64,000 nt of DNA from Candidatus Marinacidobacterium sp. (GCA_965204755.1 OZ242011.1:2816001-2880000), one strand, 5' to 3'; shown: positions 1 through 9,375, counted from the stretch's first letter. Program-made: numbers and translations. Notes: generated from the sequence alone by a model not told the origin.

Positions 1-210
1 GTGGTCCGGCCGGGCTCGCGACATGACACGATGGGACGATGGGGCGCCGCGTTGCGTGGCGCTGCGCTGCTTTCGGGAGCCTGTGGCCGACGGGCGCTGC
101 GGAGCGCGGCAGCGACCTATTCTGAACCGCCGACTTCTGCCCAAACCGAACCAGAGCCGAGGCGACTCCATCACTCTTCAACTTGTGAGTTCCTCGCATC
201 GTGAGACCAG

Positions 211-1173
211 CTACCGGCAACTGAAATGCGGTATGTCCTCTCCGGGAATCTCGACAGTAAATTCCTGCTCCTCGCTCCAGTCGCTGCATCCGACGAGTTC
301 GTCGCGATTATCGGGATTGCGTGACCAAGATTTCCGCATCGCGTTGAGGGCCGCTTCCTCGTCATAGAGAGTACATACCCTTATTTCCATTATGCATCCA
401 TGTTCATTTCTGTTCGAGCCGTAGTTCCCAGCGCTATCGGGACTGTAATTGAATGGAGCAGGGTAGAGTGGCTGCCGGCTGACTGGGCGGGTATTCGTCT
501 GGACTACGTACCCATATGCGCCAGCTACGGGTCGCCAGGTAACCTGTTTAAGGAAACCGCCCTGCGAGGCTTTGGACTCAAGAGTGCGCATTTCGAAGCC
601 GGACGGAGTGTGGTTCGAGTCGGCTTCGACAGTCTGCCCAATTATGGTGTCGCTCCAAGGACTGTGGGCGCCGGCAGTGTTTTCGGCTCGAACGCGAAAA
701 CAATAATCTTGTTTCTGGTTCGCCAGCAGCGCGCGGTGGCTGGTCTCGAGAACCTCTAGGTCTATCTCCGTCTCGTACAGGTCTCGTTGGAAGAAGCCCT
801 CGTGCGCGAAGATATCTAGAAGTCGGTCCGGAAAGAACCGGCATCTCTCATCCCAGTCGACCTCCAATCGGTAGAGAGCGGCATCCGGTACGGCATTCCA
901 CTCCAGGTCGATAAACATGTGAGTTTCCGTCGCACCCTGTCCGACGACCCGTAGTCCCGAAGGCGCTTCGGGAGTCGTAGGTAGCGGCGGCGCGGGAGGC
1001 GGAGACGGTGTCGGTGTGCTCGGGGGTTGAGGATCCGGAGTGGCCGGCGATGAGTCGCCGCCGGTGCTGTCGCAGGCGGTGGAGAAGAAGACGAGGAGGA
1101 GAAGCGAGACCAAGGCGAGGGTGACGCGTCGGATCTTCCTGGAAGGGGGGAGATGGGGCAGTGGGGGAGTCAT
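211..1173 (-). CDS. Lipoprotein with Pro-rich linker and fibronectin type III-like domain(s)
   Basis: Signal peptide with lipobox FFSTA-C, Pro-rich linker, FN3 pattern (PEAPSGLRV...LEWNAVPDAALYRL...YCFRVRAEN...SPWS). Start moved to ATG 1173, which overlaps the upstream stop (ATGA). Confidence 0.7.
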   Translation of the reverse strand: MTPPLPHLPPSRKIRRVTLALVSLLLLVFFSTACDSTGGDSSPATPDPQPPSTPTPSPPPAPPLPTTPEAPSGLRVVGQGATETHMFIDLEWNAVPDAALYRLEVDWDERCRFFPDRLLDIFAHEGFFQRDLYETEIDLEVLETSHRALLANQKQDYCFRVRAENTAGAHSPWSDTIIGQTVEADSNHTPSGFEMRTLESKASQGGFLKQVTWRPVAGAYGYVVQTNTRPVSRQPLYPAPFNYSPDSAGNYGSNRNEHGCIMEIRVCTLYDEEAALNAMRKSWSRNPDNRDELVGCSDWSEEQEFTVEIPGEDIPHFSCR

Positions 1174-2096
1174 CGGTTGTTTTCCTGAGGATCGCCCTCT
1201 TTGGGAAACCAGATCCATCCCTCACTGGTCTTGATGTCATCTACGCTCGCGGAAGTAGACGTTCCCGTCTCTTCGGCCAGCCATGCGACGGCTTCGGGGT
1301 GCTCGGGTCCGACGCTCTCGGCGAGCAGGAAGTGAAGTCCTTCCAAGACACATAGGACGGCGTCGATGCGGTCGTGGTCGTAGTTGATCTGTCCGCCCTT
1401 CGGTGGTGTCGGACGCAAGTCATCCGCGTTGAGCGTTAGCCGAGCGGGAAGGTCTTCCTCTACGATCTCGCGACGATTCGTCTGGGCGAGTTTGGAGTCT
1501 TTACTCTTGTAACGAAGTCTCTTGGCCTCGTGGTTTCCCCGCAGATGCTGCAGCGTCAGTCGGGGATAGACCTCGATGGCGCCGGTCCGTTCCAAGCCAC
1601 GGGCGTCCCAGAGCAGTGGAACGGTGGACTGTCCGTGCTCGCTGACTCTGAGTCGGCCGAGAAGTTCCAACGCGGATCGCGCGACGCGGGCGATGCGGTC
1701 CGCGCCGATATCGAGCGGAGCGCCCGGGAATTTCTGCGCGATGAAGCGATCCGTGTGCCGTCGAAAGAGGTGGTTTCCGGGGTTCCGATCCTTGTGTCGC
1801 GGGTCGGAAGGACGCCCGAACGACGCGCCGGCGCGGTGGTCGTGAAGTGCGCGCGTCATGTGGATGGGCCAACCCAGAGGCGCGTCGAGTGCCAAGAGCG
1901 TTTTGCCGAGCCCGTCGGCGTAATGGCGGTTGATCCAGCACTGAACCTGCGCTACGAGATCGTCGAAGCAGTTGTCCGAGCCCTTGCCCTTGTCAACCTC
2001 GACGATCTCCACCGTGCTCCCCCGGACCAAGCCGCGGGCGAGTCCGAAGTCCTTCGGTTGGGCGGCGCAGTCGATGCCGATGATCTGGATGCTCAT
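1170..2096 (-). CDS. DUF429-family predicted nuclease (RNase H-like fold)
   Basis: IIGID at the N-terminus, LDAPLGWP, RxTD, IEVYP and DRIDAVLC motifs typical of DUF429. Confidence 0.8.
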   Translation of the reverse strand: MSIQIIGIDCAAQPKDFGLARGLVRGSTVEIVEVDKGKGSDNCFDDLVAQVQCWINRHYADGLGKTLLALDAPLGWPIHMTRALHDHRAGASFGRPSDPRHKDRNPGNHLFRRHTDRFIAQKFPGAPLDIGADRIARVARSALELLGRLRVSEHGQSTVPLLWDARGLERTGAIEVYPRLTLQHLRGNHEAKRLRYKSKDSKLAQTNRREIVEEDLPARLTLNADDLRPTPPKGGQINYDHDRIDAVLCVLEGLHFLLAESVGPEHPEAVAWLAEETGTSTSASVDDIKTSEGWIWFPKEGDPQENNR

Positions 2097-2680
2097 CAGG
2101 GGGCCTTCTTGGCGGCTTCGAGGAAGGCCGTGGCGTCCTCGGCTGCAGCGGTGAGTTCCTCCGAGAGCGCCATCGCTTCGTCGCGTTCGGTTGCGGCTGT
2201 TTCGAGTTCCTCGTAGGCGCTACGCAGGGCCTCCCGGGCGGCGACGACCTCGGAGTTTGCGGCTAGGGCTTTCTCGAAGGCCTCCTCTTCCGCCTGTTTG
2301 ACGGTGTTACTGAGGGCGCCGAGTCCCGCCGTGAACGCGAAGTCCCGCTCTCCGCCAGCGAGGAGTTGAGCGATACCCGCTTGTCGTCCCATGCGACGAA
2401 CATCCTCGGGAACAGCCGCCTTGGCGGCGGCGCGCGCCGCCGGCTCTGCCTCTTCCAGGACCGTCGCCAAGTTCTCTTCCGCGAGAGCGACCGACTGTTG
2501 CGCGCTTTCGATGCGTTCCTCGGTCGGAATCGCCGCCCGGGCCTCGTGCGCCGCAGCCCACTTGGCTTCGGCGTCGAGCCGCGCGGCCTTGATCTCTTCG
2601 GATTCGCAGCCGGTCACGAGGATTGCCAGCCCGGCCGCCGCTGCCGGTACGAGCATGAGTCGGTAGCGTCGCGACCTCAT
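2096..2680 (-). CDS. Hypothetical coiled-coil lipoprotein
   Basis: AAGGAGG RBS before ATG 2680; lipobox LVTG-C; Ala/Glu-rich helical body; stop overlaps the next start. Confidence 0.7.
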   Translation of the reverse strand: MRSRRYRLMLVPAAAAGLAILVTGCESEEIKAARLDAEAKWAAAHEARAAIPTEERIESAQQSVALAEENLATVLEEAEPAARAAAKAAVPEDVRRMGRQAGIAQLLAGGERDFAFTAGLGALSNTVKQAEEEAFEKALAANSEVVAAREALRSAYEELETAATERDEAMALSEELTAAAEDATAFLEAAKKAP

Positions 2681-2739
2681 CTGCGTTCCCTCCTTGCGAG
2701 GACTTCGAGACTTTCCGCCGGCGAGAGCGGAATTCAAAA

Positions 2740-2771
2740 ACGCTACCCCCCCCCCCCCCCGAAAAAGTCAA
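2740..2771 (-). promoter_or_regulatory. Sigma70-like promoter with poly-G15 spacer (putative phase-variable)
   Basis: Minus strand reads TTGACT-TTTTC-G15-TAGCGT; the C15 tract is at 2746-2760 on the + strand. Confidence 0.6.
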
Positions 2772-2963
2772 TACTTTGGATTAGCCCCTATTAATTCAAC
2801 GAGTTACGGGCCGTCGTCGTCCGGAGTTCTCGAGTCGCCGCCCGCTCACGCCTCCATTTCGGGCCGAACAGTCCGGAATGTCCGCGGAGCGCCTACATCG
2901 CCGTGGCGCGCTCCGACCGGCCGTGGTTCGGCGGCGTTCCGCCACTACAATCCGCGGTGGTTC

Positions 2964-3334
2964 GAGTCGTTCAGACGGTCGCCGGCTCCCTTCGGGGGGC
3001 GGGAGGAAAGTCCGAACTCCGCAAGGCAGTGCGCTGGGTAACGCCCAGTCCGGGCAACTGGAAGGAAAGTGCCACAGAAAACAAACCGCCTCTCCGTTCG
3101 CGGAGCGGTAAGGGTGAAAAGGTGCGGTAAGAGCGCACCGCCCGGGCAGCGATGTCCGGGGCACGGTAAACCCCGCATGGAGCAAGACCAAATAGGGAAG
3201 CGCCCGAGGGCCGCCTGTCCGATGCTTCCGGGTAGGTCGCTCGATCCGGCGGGCAACCGTCGGGCTAGATACATGACCGCCGTCCCGTTCCGGGCGACCG
3301 GTTCGGGGAACAGAATTCGGCTTACGGGCGGCTC
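2964..3334 (+). ncRNA. rnpB: RNase P RNA, bacterial type A
   Basis: Conserved GAGGAAAGTCCGAACTC, GGAAAGTGCCACAGAAA, GGGTGAAAAGGTGCGGTAAGAGCGCACC and AACAGAATTCGGCTTA; P1 pairing GAGTCGTTC/GGGCGGCTC; TACAAT -10 box at 2946-2951. Confidence 0.97.
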
Positions 3335-3392
3335 GGACCCTCGCCGCTCTCCCGACGAGGCGCGCCGCCCGCGGCCGGGGGCCTGAGTCTCG

Positions 3393-4331
3393 ATGCTCCT
3401 CGTCACCGGCGGCGCCGGGTTCATCGGCTCCTGGCTCGCGCGGCGCGCGGCGGAGGCCGGCGAGCCGGTGCGCGTGCTCGACGACTTCTCCACCGGGCGG
3501 CGCTCCCGGGTGGACGGCCTCCCCGGGGTGGAGGTGGTCGAGGGGGACATCACCGACCCGGCGGCGGTCGAATCGGCGCTCGTCGGCGTCACCCGGGTGG
3601 CCCACTTGGCGGCCATGTCGTCGGTGCCCCGCTCGGAGGAGGAACCGGAACTCGCGGCGGCGGTGAATGTCCGGGGCACGCTGGAAGTGCTGGGCGCTTC
3701 GCGGCGGGCCGGGGTCTCGGCGCTGGTTTACGCGTCCTCGTGTTCGGTGTACGGCGACGGGGGCGACGCGGTGCTCCGGGAGTCGGACCCGGTGAACCCC
3801 TCGTCGGTGTACGCGACGACCAAGTTGGCGGGGGAGCGGCATGTGGTCGTCCACCACCGCACCGGGGGGCCGCCGGGGGTGGCGCTGCGGTTCTTCAATG
3901 TGTACGGCGCGGGGCAGCCGGCCGACTCGCCCTATTCCGGCGTGATCGCGCGGTTCACCGCCGCCGCGCTGGCCGGGGAGCCGGCGGAAATCTTCGGGGA
4001 CGGGGACCAGACCCGCGACTTCGTGCATGTCTCCGATGTCTGCGCGGCCATCCTCGCGGCGCTCGACCGGGCGTCGGACGAGTCCGTCGGGGGCGAAGTG
4101 ATCAATGTGGGCTACGGGCGGCGGACCTCGGTGCTCGACATCTGGGGGATCACCGCGGACGCCGCCGGGGTGAAGATCGACCCCCGGTTCGCGCCGGTTC
4201 GCGCCGGCGATGTGCGGAACGCGGAGGCGGACACCGGGAAGGCGGAGCGGCTGTTGGACTTCCGCCCCCGGGTCATGCTGGAGAACGGGATCGCCGAAGT
4301 CGTGGCCGCCGCCGGGGACGCGGACGCGTAG
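3393..4331 (+). CDS. NAD-dependent epimerase/dehydratase (UDP-sugar 4-epimerase-like)
   Basis: LVTGGAGFIGS, YxxxK (YATTK), LRFFNVYG, GDGDQTRDFVHV. Confidence 0.92.
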   Translation: MLLVTGGAGFIGSWLARRAAEAGEPVRVLDDFSTGRRSRVDGLPGVEVVEGDITDPAAVESALVGVTRVAHLAAMSSVPRSEEEPELAAAVNVRGTLEVLGASRRAGVSALVYASSCSVYGDGGDAVLRESDPVNPSSVYATTKLAGERHVVVHHRTGGPPGVALRFFNVYGAGQPADSPYSGVIARFTAAALAGEPAEIFGDGDQTRDFVHVSDVCAAILAALDRASDESVGGEVINVGYGRRTSVLDIWGITADAAGVKIDPRFAPVRAGDVRNAEADTGKAERLLDFRPRVMLENGIAEVVAAAGDADA

Positions 4332-4640
4332 CGGGCGGTTCGGCGGTCGGCGCCGGCGCCGGTCGGCGCGGGCCGGGATAGTCGGTTTCTTGAGAAAACC
4401 GAGTGAAAAGCCGGTTTATCAGGTGTATTTTCGGCGAAAATGAAGGTTCGCGCCGCGCGGGAGGCGCGGGGACGCAGGGTTCGGAACCGAGGCCGGTCGG
4501 GTGTCGGGAGGGGTCGGCCGCGGGGCGCCCGAAGGGGCGCCGGGAACGCTGATTGCACCGCCGGGCGCCGCTCCGAAACCCGCCGGCAGCCCTTTCCGGT
4601 TGCCGGAATTCGCGCCCTTGGTGTATAGGATGAGCCGGAA

Positions 4641-5945
4641 ATGGTCGTAAGAAACCGCGTTTCTGTCGTGGCTCTCGCCCCGGCCGCCGCCGTTTTCGCG
4701 GCGCTCGTGGCGGCGGTTCCGCTGGTCGGGGCGGCGATGCTCCGCTCCTGGGACGGGCCGTTCCCCGAGGTGCCGGACGCCGCGGAAACGCCCGAGCCGA
4801 GCGAGCCGACGCCCGGTCTGTTCTCGGTTCCGGACCGCTTCATCCGGGGGGACGCGCTCTCCACCGTCCTCGGGCGGAACGGTTTTACGGGTCGCGAATC
4901 CGCGGCGGTGGCGGAGGCGCTCGACGGGATCGCGGATGTGCGCGGTTTCCGGGTCGGGCAGACGGTGTGGATGCACCGCGACCCGAGCGGCGCGCCGAGC
5001 CGGGTGGTCTTTCCGCTCGGCGACTTCCGGGAGGTCACGGTGGCTCGCAACGGGGCCGGGTGGGACGCCCGCGAAGTCACCACCGAGCCTTCGTTCCAGC
5101 GGTCGGTCGTGCGGGGGGCGGTGGAGACCAGCCTCTACGAGAGTCTGGTGGGCGCGGGCGAGTTGCCGGGGCTGGCGGTGCTGCTGGCGAGCGCGCTGGA
5201 ATACGACATCGACTTCCACCGGGACAGCCGGCGGGGCGACACCTGGTCGGTGGTGGTGGACCGGCGCTACGCGCCCGGCGGCGAGTGGAAGGGCTACGGG
5301 CCGCTCCACGCGGTGCGCTATGTGAACCGGGGGCGCGGCATCGCGGCGTTCCGCTTCGAGTCGCCCGGCGGCGAGGTCGGCTACTACGACCGGGAGGGCA
5401 ACTCGATCCGCCGGGCGTTCCTGATGAGCCCGGTGGCCTATTCGCGCATCTCCGGGGTGTTCACGCACCGGCGGCTCCACCCGGTGCTCGGGGTGTACCG
5501 GCCGCACTACGGGGTGGACTACGCGGCGCCGCACGGCTCGCCGGTGATGGCGACCGCGGACGGCGTGGTGGTGGACGCGGCCAACCGGGGGCCGAACGGG
5601 AACATGGTCACGCTGCGGCATACCGGCGGCTACATGACGCGGTATCTCCACCTTTCGCGGTTCTCCGCCGCCGCGAAGCCGGGGCGGCGGGTGAGCCAGC
5701 GCGAGGTGATCGGGTATGTGGGCTCGACCGGGCTCTCGAGCGGGCCGCACCTGGACTACCGGTTGTACCGATACGGGAAGCCGCTCGATCCGCGTTCGCA
5801 CATCCTCCCGCCGGGGCCGCCGATTCCGGAGGAGCACCTGCCGGCGTTCCACCGCGCGCGGGAAGCGCTGGAGCGGGCGCTGGACGGGGCGCCGACGCCG
5901 CTTCGCGAGCGCTCCGCGGTGGCGGCCGCCGACGGCGGCAGTTGA
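4641..5945 (+). CDS. M23 family peptidoglycan DD-endopeptidase (MepM-like)
   Basis: HYGVDYAAP, YLHLS, STGLSSGPHLDY motifs; N-terminal TM segment. Confidence 0.92.
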   Translation: MVVRNRVSVVALAPAAAVFAALVAAVPLVGAAMLRSWDGPFPEVPDAAETPEPSEPTPGLFSVPDRFIRGDALSTVLGRNGFTGRESAAVAEALDGIADVRGFRVGQTVWMHRDPSGAPSRVVFPLGDFREVTVARNGAGWDAREVTTEPSFQRSVVRGAVETSLYESLVGAGELPGLAVLLASALEYDIDFHRDSRRGDTWSVVVDRRYAPGGEWKGYGPLHAVRYVNRGRGIAAFRFESPGGEVGYYDREGNSIRRAFLMSPVAYSRISGVFTHRRLHPVLGVYRPHYGVDYAAPHGSPVMATADGVVVDAANRGPNGNMVTLRHTGGYMTRYLHLSRFSAAAKPGRRVSQREVIGYVGSTGLSSGPHLDYRLYRYGKPLDPRSHILPPGPPIPEEHLPAFHRAREALERALDGAPTPLRERSAVAAADGGS

Positions 5946-6029
5946 GTCGCCCCCGCCTTCGCGGCGGGTTTGGTCGGCGGGGTTCGGTCGGGGCCCGGCG
6001 CGGGGGTAACGCTTCGTTGGCGGTTCGGG

Positions 6030-6065
6030 GTCAACGCCGGTTGACGGGTGTCAACGGCGGTTGAC
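6030..6065. promoter_or_regulatory. Tandem palindromic putative operator (2x GTCAAC-N4-GTTGAC)
   Basis: GTCAACgccgGTTGAC at 6030-6045 and GTCAACggcgGTTGAC at 6050-6065, upstream of comEA. Confidence 0.45.
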
Positions 6066-6310
6066 GCCGGGGGGCGTCGGTTCGCTGCGTTGCGGGGCGG
6101 GGCCGCGGGGGTGGGGGAGTCGTTTCGATGCGATGGTTCTCGGTCTTCCGCGGGGTTTCGGGTTTCCCTTCGGCGGTCGGCGGGGCGTCGCTCGCCGGTC
6201 GGCGCGGTGGTTGCGGTCGGGAGGGGCAGCCGGGGCGAATGTCCCGGCGGCATCCGTCCCCGTCGCGGGACTTCACCACCCCAACCCGGGAACCCTCCAG
6301 GAGGAACCCC

Positions 6311-6691
6311 ATGATCCCGATGATCGCCCGCCGGGCCGCCACCCGGCTCTTCCCCGTTCGGCTCCTGCCGATCCGCTTCGTCGCGGTCGTCCTGACCGCG
6401 GCCGCGCTGCTGTTCGCGGCCCCGGTCGGCGTCGCCGCCGCGCAGCCGGACACTCCCATCGACATCAACTCCGCCAGCGCCGAGGAACTCACCGAACTGC
6501 CGCGCGTCGGCGAGGCCACCGCCGCGAAGATCGTCGCCTGGCGCGAGGAGAACGGCCCGTTCACCCAGACCCGTGAGTTGCTCAATGTCGAGGGGATCGG
6601 AGAGAAGACCTTCGAAGTCATCGAGCCCCATGTGACCGTCGGCAACTCCGGCGGCCCCCCGCCCGCGCCGGGAGGTCCCGAGGCGGGCTGA
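6311..6691 (+). CDS. comEA: ComEA-like helix-hairpin-helix DNA uptake protein
   Basis: Signal peptide then IDINSASAEELTELPRVGEATAAKIVAWREENGPF...VEGIGEKT; GGAGG RBS before ATG 6311. Confidence 0.9.
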   Translation: MIPMIARRAATRLFPVRLLPIRFVAVVLTAAALLFAAPVGVAAAQPDTPIDINSASAEELTELPRVGEATAAKIVAWREENGPFTQTRELLNVEGIGEKTFEVIEPHVTVGNSGGPPPAPGGPEAG

Positions 6692-6734
6692 CCGGGGCGA
6701 CTCGGCGCAAGTCGAGCCACGGGGCGTCGGCGCG

Positions 6735-7472
6735 TTGCGGGCCTTCTCGCGGAAGGCGCCGCTCCCGGCGGAGGGCCGGCGCCGGCGCCCCGGTGAACCG
6801 GAGCGCCGGGGCCGTTCGGCGGCACCGTCGTCCCCCTCGAAGCACCTTCCGACCCGCCGGTCGGCCGCCCTGCGCGGTCGGCGCGGCGCGGCCGGTTTCA
6901 CGCTCACCGAGATGCTGGCCGCCTTCGCCCTGCTCGGCCTGCTGAGCGCGATGGCGGTCCCTCCCATCGTGGACAGTTTCCGGGCGCAGCGCGTCCGCCA
7001 CGCCGCGATGGCGCTGCGCACCCTCCTCCAGCGGACGCGCGCCGAAGCCGCCGCCCGCGCCGCCAATGTGGCGGTCGTTTTCGACCCGCCGGCCTCGGGG
7101 AATGCCCCCGCCGGAGCGGTGGTCCCCGGCGGCCCGCCCACGATCGCGGTGTACCTGGACGAGAACCACAACGGCGTCCGCCGCCGCGAGATCGCCGCCG
7201 GGGAGGAGCGCCTGCTCCGCCCGGCCTGGCGGTTCGACGAGCGGTTCCCCGGCGTGGAGTGGGGCGCCCCCTCCGAAACCGCCGGCGGCGCCCCCATCCC
7301 CGGCCTGGCGGTCGGCGTCGCGCGGATGGTTTCCTTCTCGCCGTTCGGCAGTTCCGGCAACGGCCGGATCACCGTCAGCGGCGCCGGCGTCGCCTATTCC
7401 GTCGTCATCCACGGCGGCAGTTCCCGAATCCGCCTCGAACGCCGCGCCGGAACCGTCTGGGTCCCCGCGTAA
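6735..7472 (+). CDS. GspH/FimT-like prepilin (type IV pilin N-methylation motif)
   Basis: G-FTLTEMLAAFALLGLL prepilin motif and FSPFG-S-G-I C-terminal pattern; start uncertain. Confidence 0.8.
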   Translation: MRAFSRKAPLPAEGRRRRPGEPERRGRSAAPSSPSKHLPTRRSAALRGRRGAAGFTLTEMLAAFALLGLLSAMAVPPIVDSFRAQRVRHAAMALRTLLQRTRAEAAARAANVAVVFDPPASGNAPAGAVVPGGPPTIAVYLDENHNGVRRREIAAGEERLLRPAWRFDERFPGVEWGAPSETAGGAPIPGLAVGVARMVSFSPFGSSGNGRITVSGAGVAYSVVIHGGSSRIRLERRAGTVWVPA

Positions 7473-7520
7473 CCCGACCGCGACCCCTGCGCCGGTCGCG
7501 CTAGCACCCGTTCCCCCCGC

Positions 7521-7697
7521 GTGGGCGCCGCGAACCGCGCCTCCGCGGCGCCGCCTCCCCGGCCGCCGCCCCCGAAGACACCTTCAGCGCCCTGGTTCAC
7601 CGCTCGAGTGCAGAAGGTCCTCCTCGTCGTGGCGCTCCTCAACCTCCTCCTCGGCGCCGCCCGCCTCCTCGTCGGAATCGGAATCCTCCTGAAATGA
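7521..7697 (+). CDS. Small single-TM membrane peptide (58 aa; or 29 aa from GTG 7608), absent from the ORF track
   Basis: Open frame ending ...VQKVLLVVALLNLLLGAARLLVGIGILLK*; its TGA overlaps the ATG of 7694 (ATGA). Confidence 0.5.
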   Translation: MGAANRASAAPPPRPPPPKTPSAPWFTARVQKVLLVVALLNLLLGAARLLVGIGILLK

Positions 7698-8377
7698 CCA
7701 CCCCGCCGAGGCGGAAGCCTCGAACGGGAGAGAACCGACTCGACCCGGACGACCCCCGCTCGCGACCTTCGAGCCCGGAACGGGGCGCCGGGCAATCCCT
7801 CATCGAGCACCTCGAAGAGAGACTCCGCTGCGCCGACGACGCCCGCGTACGCGCCGCCGTCCGCTCCATCGTCGAGAGCCCGATCCTCGAGGAATTCCGC
7901 GCCCGGGTCGCCGCCTACGACCGCGACCACCCGGAAGCGAGGAAGGGCGAAGGCCCGGTCGCCATCCCGCAACGAGAAATCCGCGCCCGCATCGGAGAAA
8001 TCCCCGTCGGCGTACTGACGCGCCGGGCGCGGACCGCGCTGAAATGTCCAACCGACGCGGAGTCCACTCTTTCGCCGATCGTCCGCCTCTCGGCGGAAAC
8101 CGCCCTCAAACAACTGAAGCACAGCGACCCCGGCCTCAAGAGACCGCTGACCAACGACGACTACCGCCTCCTTCCTGGGGTCATCGAGCACGGCGAGATG
8201 CTTTCCATTACCGACCACGAGTTGGCGTTCTTCCTCGAGGTGAAGGGAGAGTGGTATGCGGCTGTCGTCAAACGGACGGAAGACCACCGCGTCTATCTCA
8301 AGACCTTCCATCGCACGAAGGATCGAGACCGGCATGCGGCTCGGAGGCGCGCGGGCGAACGCAAGAGCCCGAAGTAG
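7694..8377 (+). CDS. Stand-alone putative BECR-fold RNase, resembling PBECR2 / phage MuF C-terminal toxin domain
   Basis: VRLSAETALKQLKH...LTNDDYRLLPGVIEHG...GEWYAAVVKRT...VYLKTFHR pattern, recalled from MuF C-terminal nuclease domains; no MuF head domain present. Confidence 0.55.
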   Translation: MTTPPRRKPRTGENRLDPDDPRSRPSSPERGAGQSLIEHLEERLRCADDARVRAAVRSIVESPILEEFRARVAAYDRDHPEARKGEGPVAIPQREIRARIGEIPVGVLTRRARTALKCPTDAESTLSPIVRLSAETALKQLKHSDPGLKRPLTNDDYRLLPGVIEHGEMLSITDHELAFFLEVKGEWYAAVVKRTEDHRVYLKTFHRTKDRDRHAARRRAGERKSPK

Positions 8378-8380
8378 GGC

Positions 8381-8488
8381 GGCGCACGGTGGGGCCCGCC
8401 GTCCGGCCGAAGCCGGCATCCCCACATGGCACTCCGCTTCCGAAGAAGCGTGCTACGGCTGGCGGAAAATTACCGTGTCACGTGCGCC
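8381..8488 (-). ncRNA. Structured pseudoknotted RNA, copy 1
   Basis: Closing stem GGCGCACG/CGTGCGCC, GTGGGG/CCCCAC, two cUUCGg hairpins on the minus strand, pseudoknot CCGCC (8396-8400)/GGCGG (8461-8465); -10 TATGCT at 8495-8500 (-). Confidence 0.75.
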
Positions 8489-8773
8489 GGAGGAAGCATA
8501 GCACGCGGCGCGACTTGCACCGGCGAGCGCTGCGTCCGTCCGTCCCGATCCATCGAGACAGCAAAACGCGTGGAGACCGGACTCCGGCCCTCCAGCGCCA
8601 AGCGCCGTGGACCGCCGGCCCGACCGGACGGCCCCCATCCGAGCAGCAGACGGAGCCGTCATCGAACGGCGAATCTCCGGCATGACCCTCTACCCGAACC
8701 ACAAGGGAGACTCCCGGCGCAAGAAGCGACCAGTGGCGGCGGTAGGCCATTCGTGAACTGCTGCCGACAATGT

Positions 8774-8881
8774 GGCGCATGGTGGGGCCCGTACCCCGGC
8801 CGAAGCCGGCATCCCCACATAGCGCTCCGCTCCCGAAGAAGCGTGCTACGGCCTACGGAAAATCACCGTGTCACATGCGCC
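8774..8881 (-). ncRNA. Structured pseudoknotted RNA, copy 2
   Basis: Same architecture; closing stem GGCGCATG/CATGCGCC; pseudoknot CCGTA/TACGG; TCGACA-N17-TACCGT promoter on the minus strand. Confidence 0.75.
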
Positions 8882-8969
8882 GGGAGAACGGTAGCGCTCT
8901 CGGCGATGTCTGTCGAGCGCGGCCCGGCGGCCGAGAGGGCGAATCGGGGTTCCGCCCTCCGCAGCCGGT

Positions 8970-9077
8970 GGCGCATGGTGGGGCCCGTCGTCCGGCCGAA
9001 GCCGGCATCCCCACATGGCACTCCGCTCCCGCGGAAGCGTGCTACGGCTGACGGAGAATCACCGTGTCACATGCGCC
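8970..9077 (-). ncRNA. Structured pseudoknotted RNA, copy 3
   Basis: Same architecture; pseudoknot CCGTC/GACGG; -10 TATGGT at 9084-9089 (-). Confidence 0.75.
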
Positions 9078-9169
9078 GGGAGAACCATAACGCGCTCGGC
9101 GACGCTTGTTGTCGAGTGTGGCCCGGCGGCCGAATCGGGCGGAACGGGGTTTCGCCCTCCGCAGGCGGT

Positions 9170-9276
9170 GGCGCATGGTGGGGCCCGCCCCCCGGCCGAA
9201 GCCGGCATCCCCACATGTCGCTCCGCTTCCGGGGAAGCGTGCTACGGCCGGCGGAAAATTACCGTGTCCATGCGCC
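9170..9276 (-). ncRNA. Structured pseudoknotted RNA, copy 4
   Basis: Same architecture; pseudoknot CCGCC/GGCGG; -10 TACGCT at 9283-9288 (-). Confidence 0.72.
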
Positions 9277-9375
9277 GGTGGAAGCGTAGCGCGCTCAGCG
9301 ACGCAAACCGCCGGGCGAGGCGCGGGGTTGCCGGATTTCGCAGTCGACCCTTCGCTGATCGGGGTCAAGCGAGGT

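Noticed and set aside
2796-3386. ORFs overlapping rnpB
   Set aside because: The region is fully explained by RNase P RNA.
8521-8770. A sixth degenerate unit in the double-length gap between copies 1 and 2
   Set aside because: None of the conserved blocks (GTGGGG/CCCCAC, GCTACGG, ACCGTGTC) is recognisable there.
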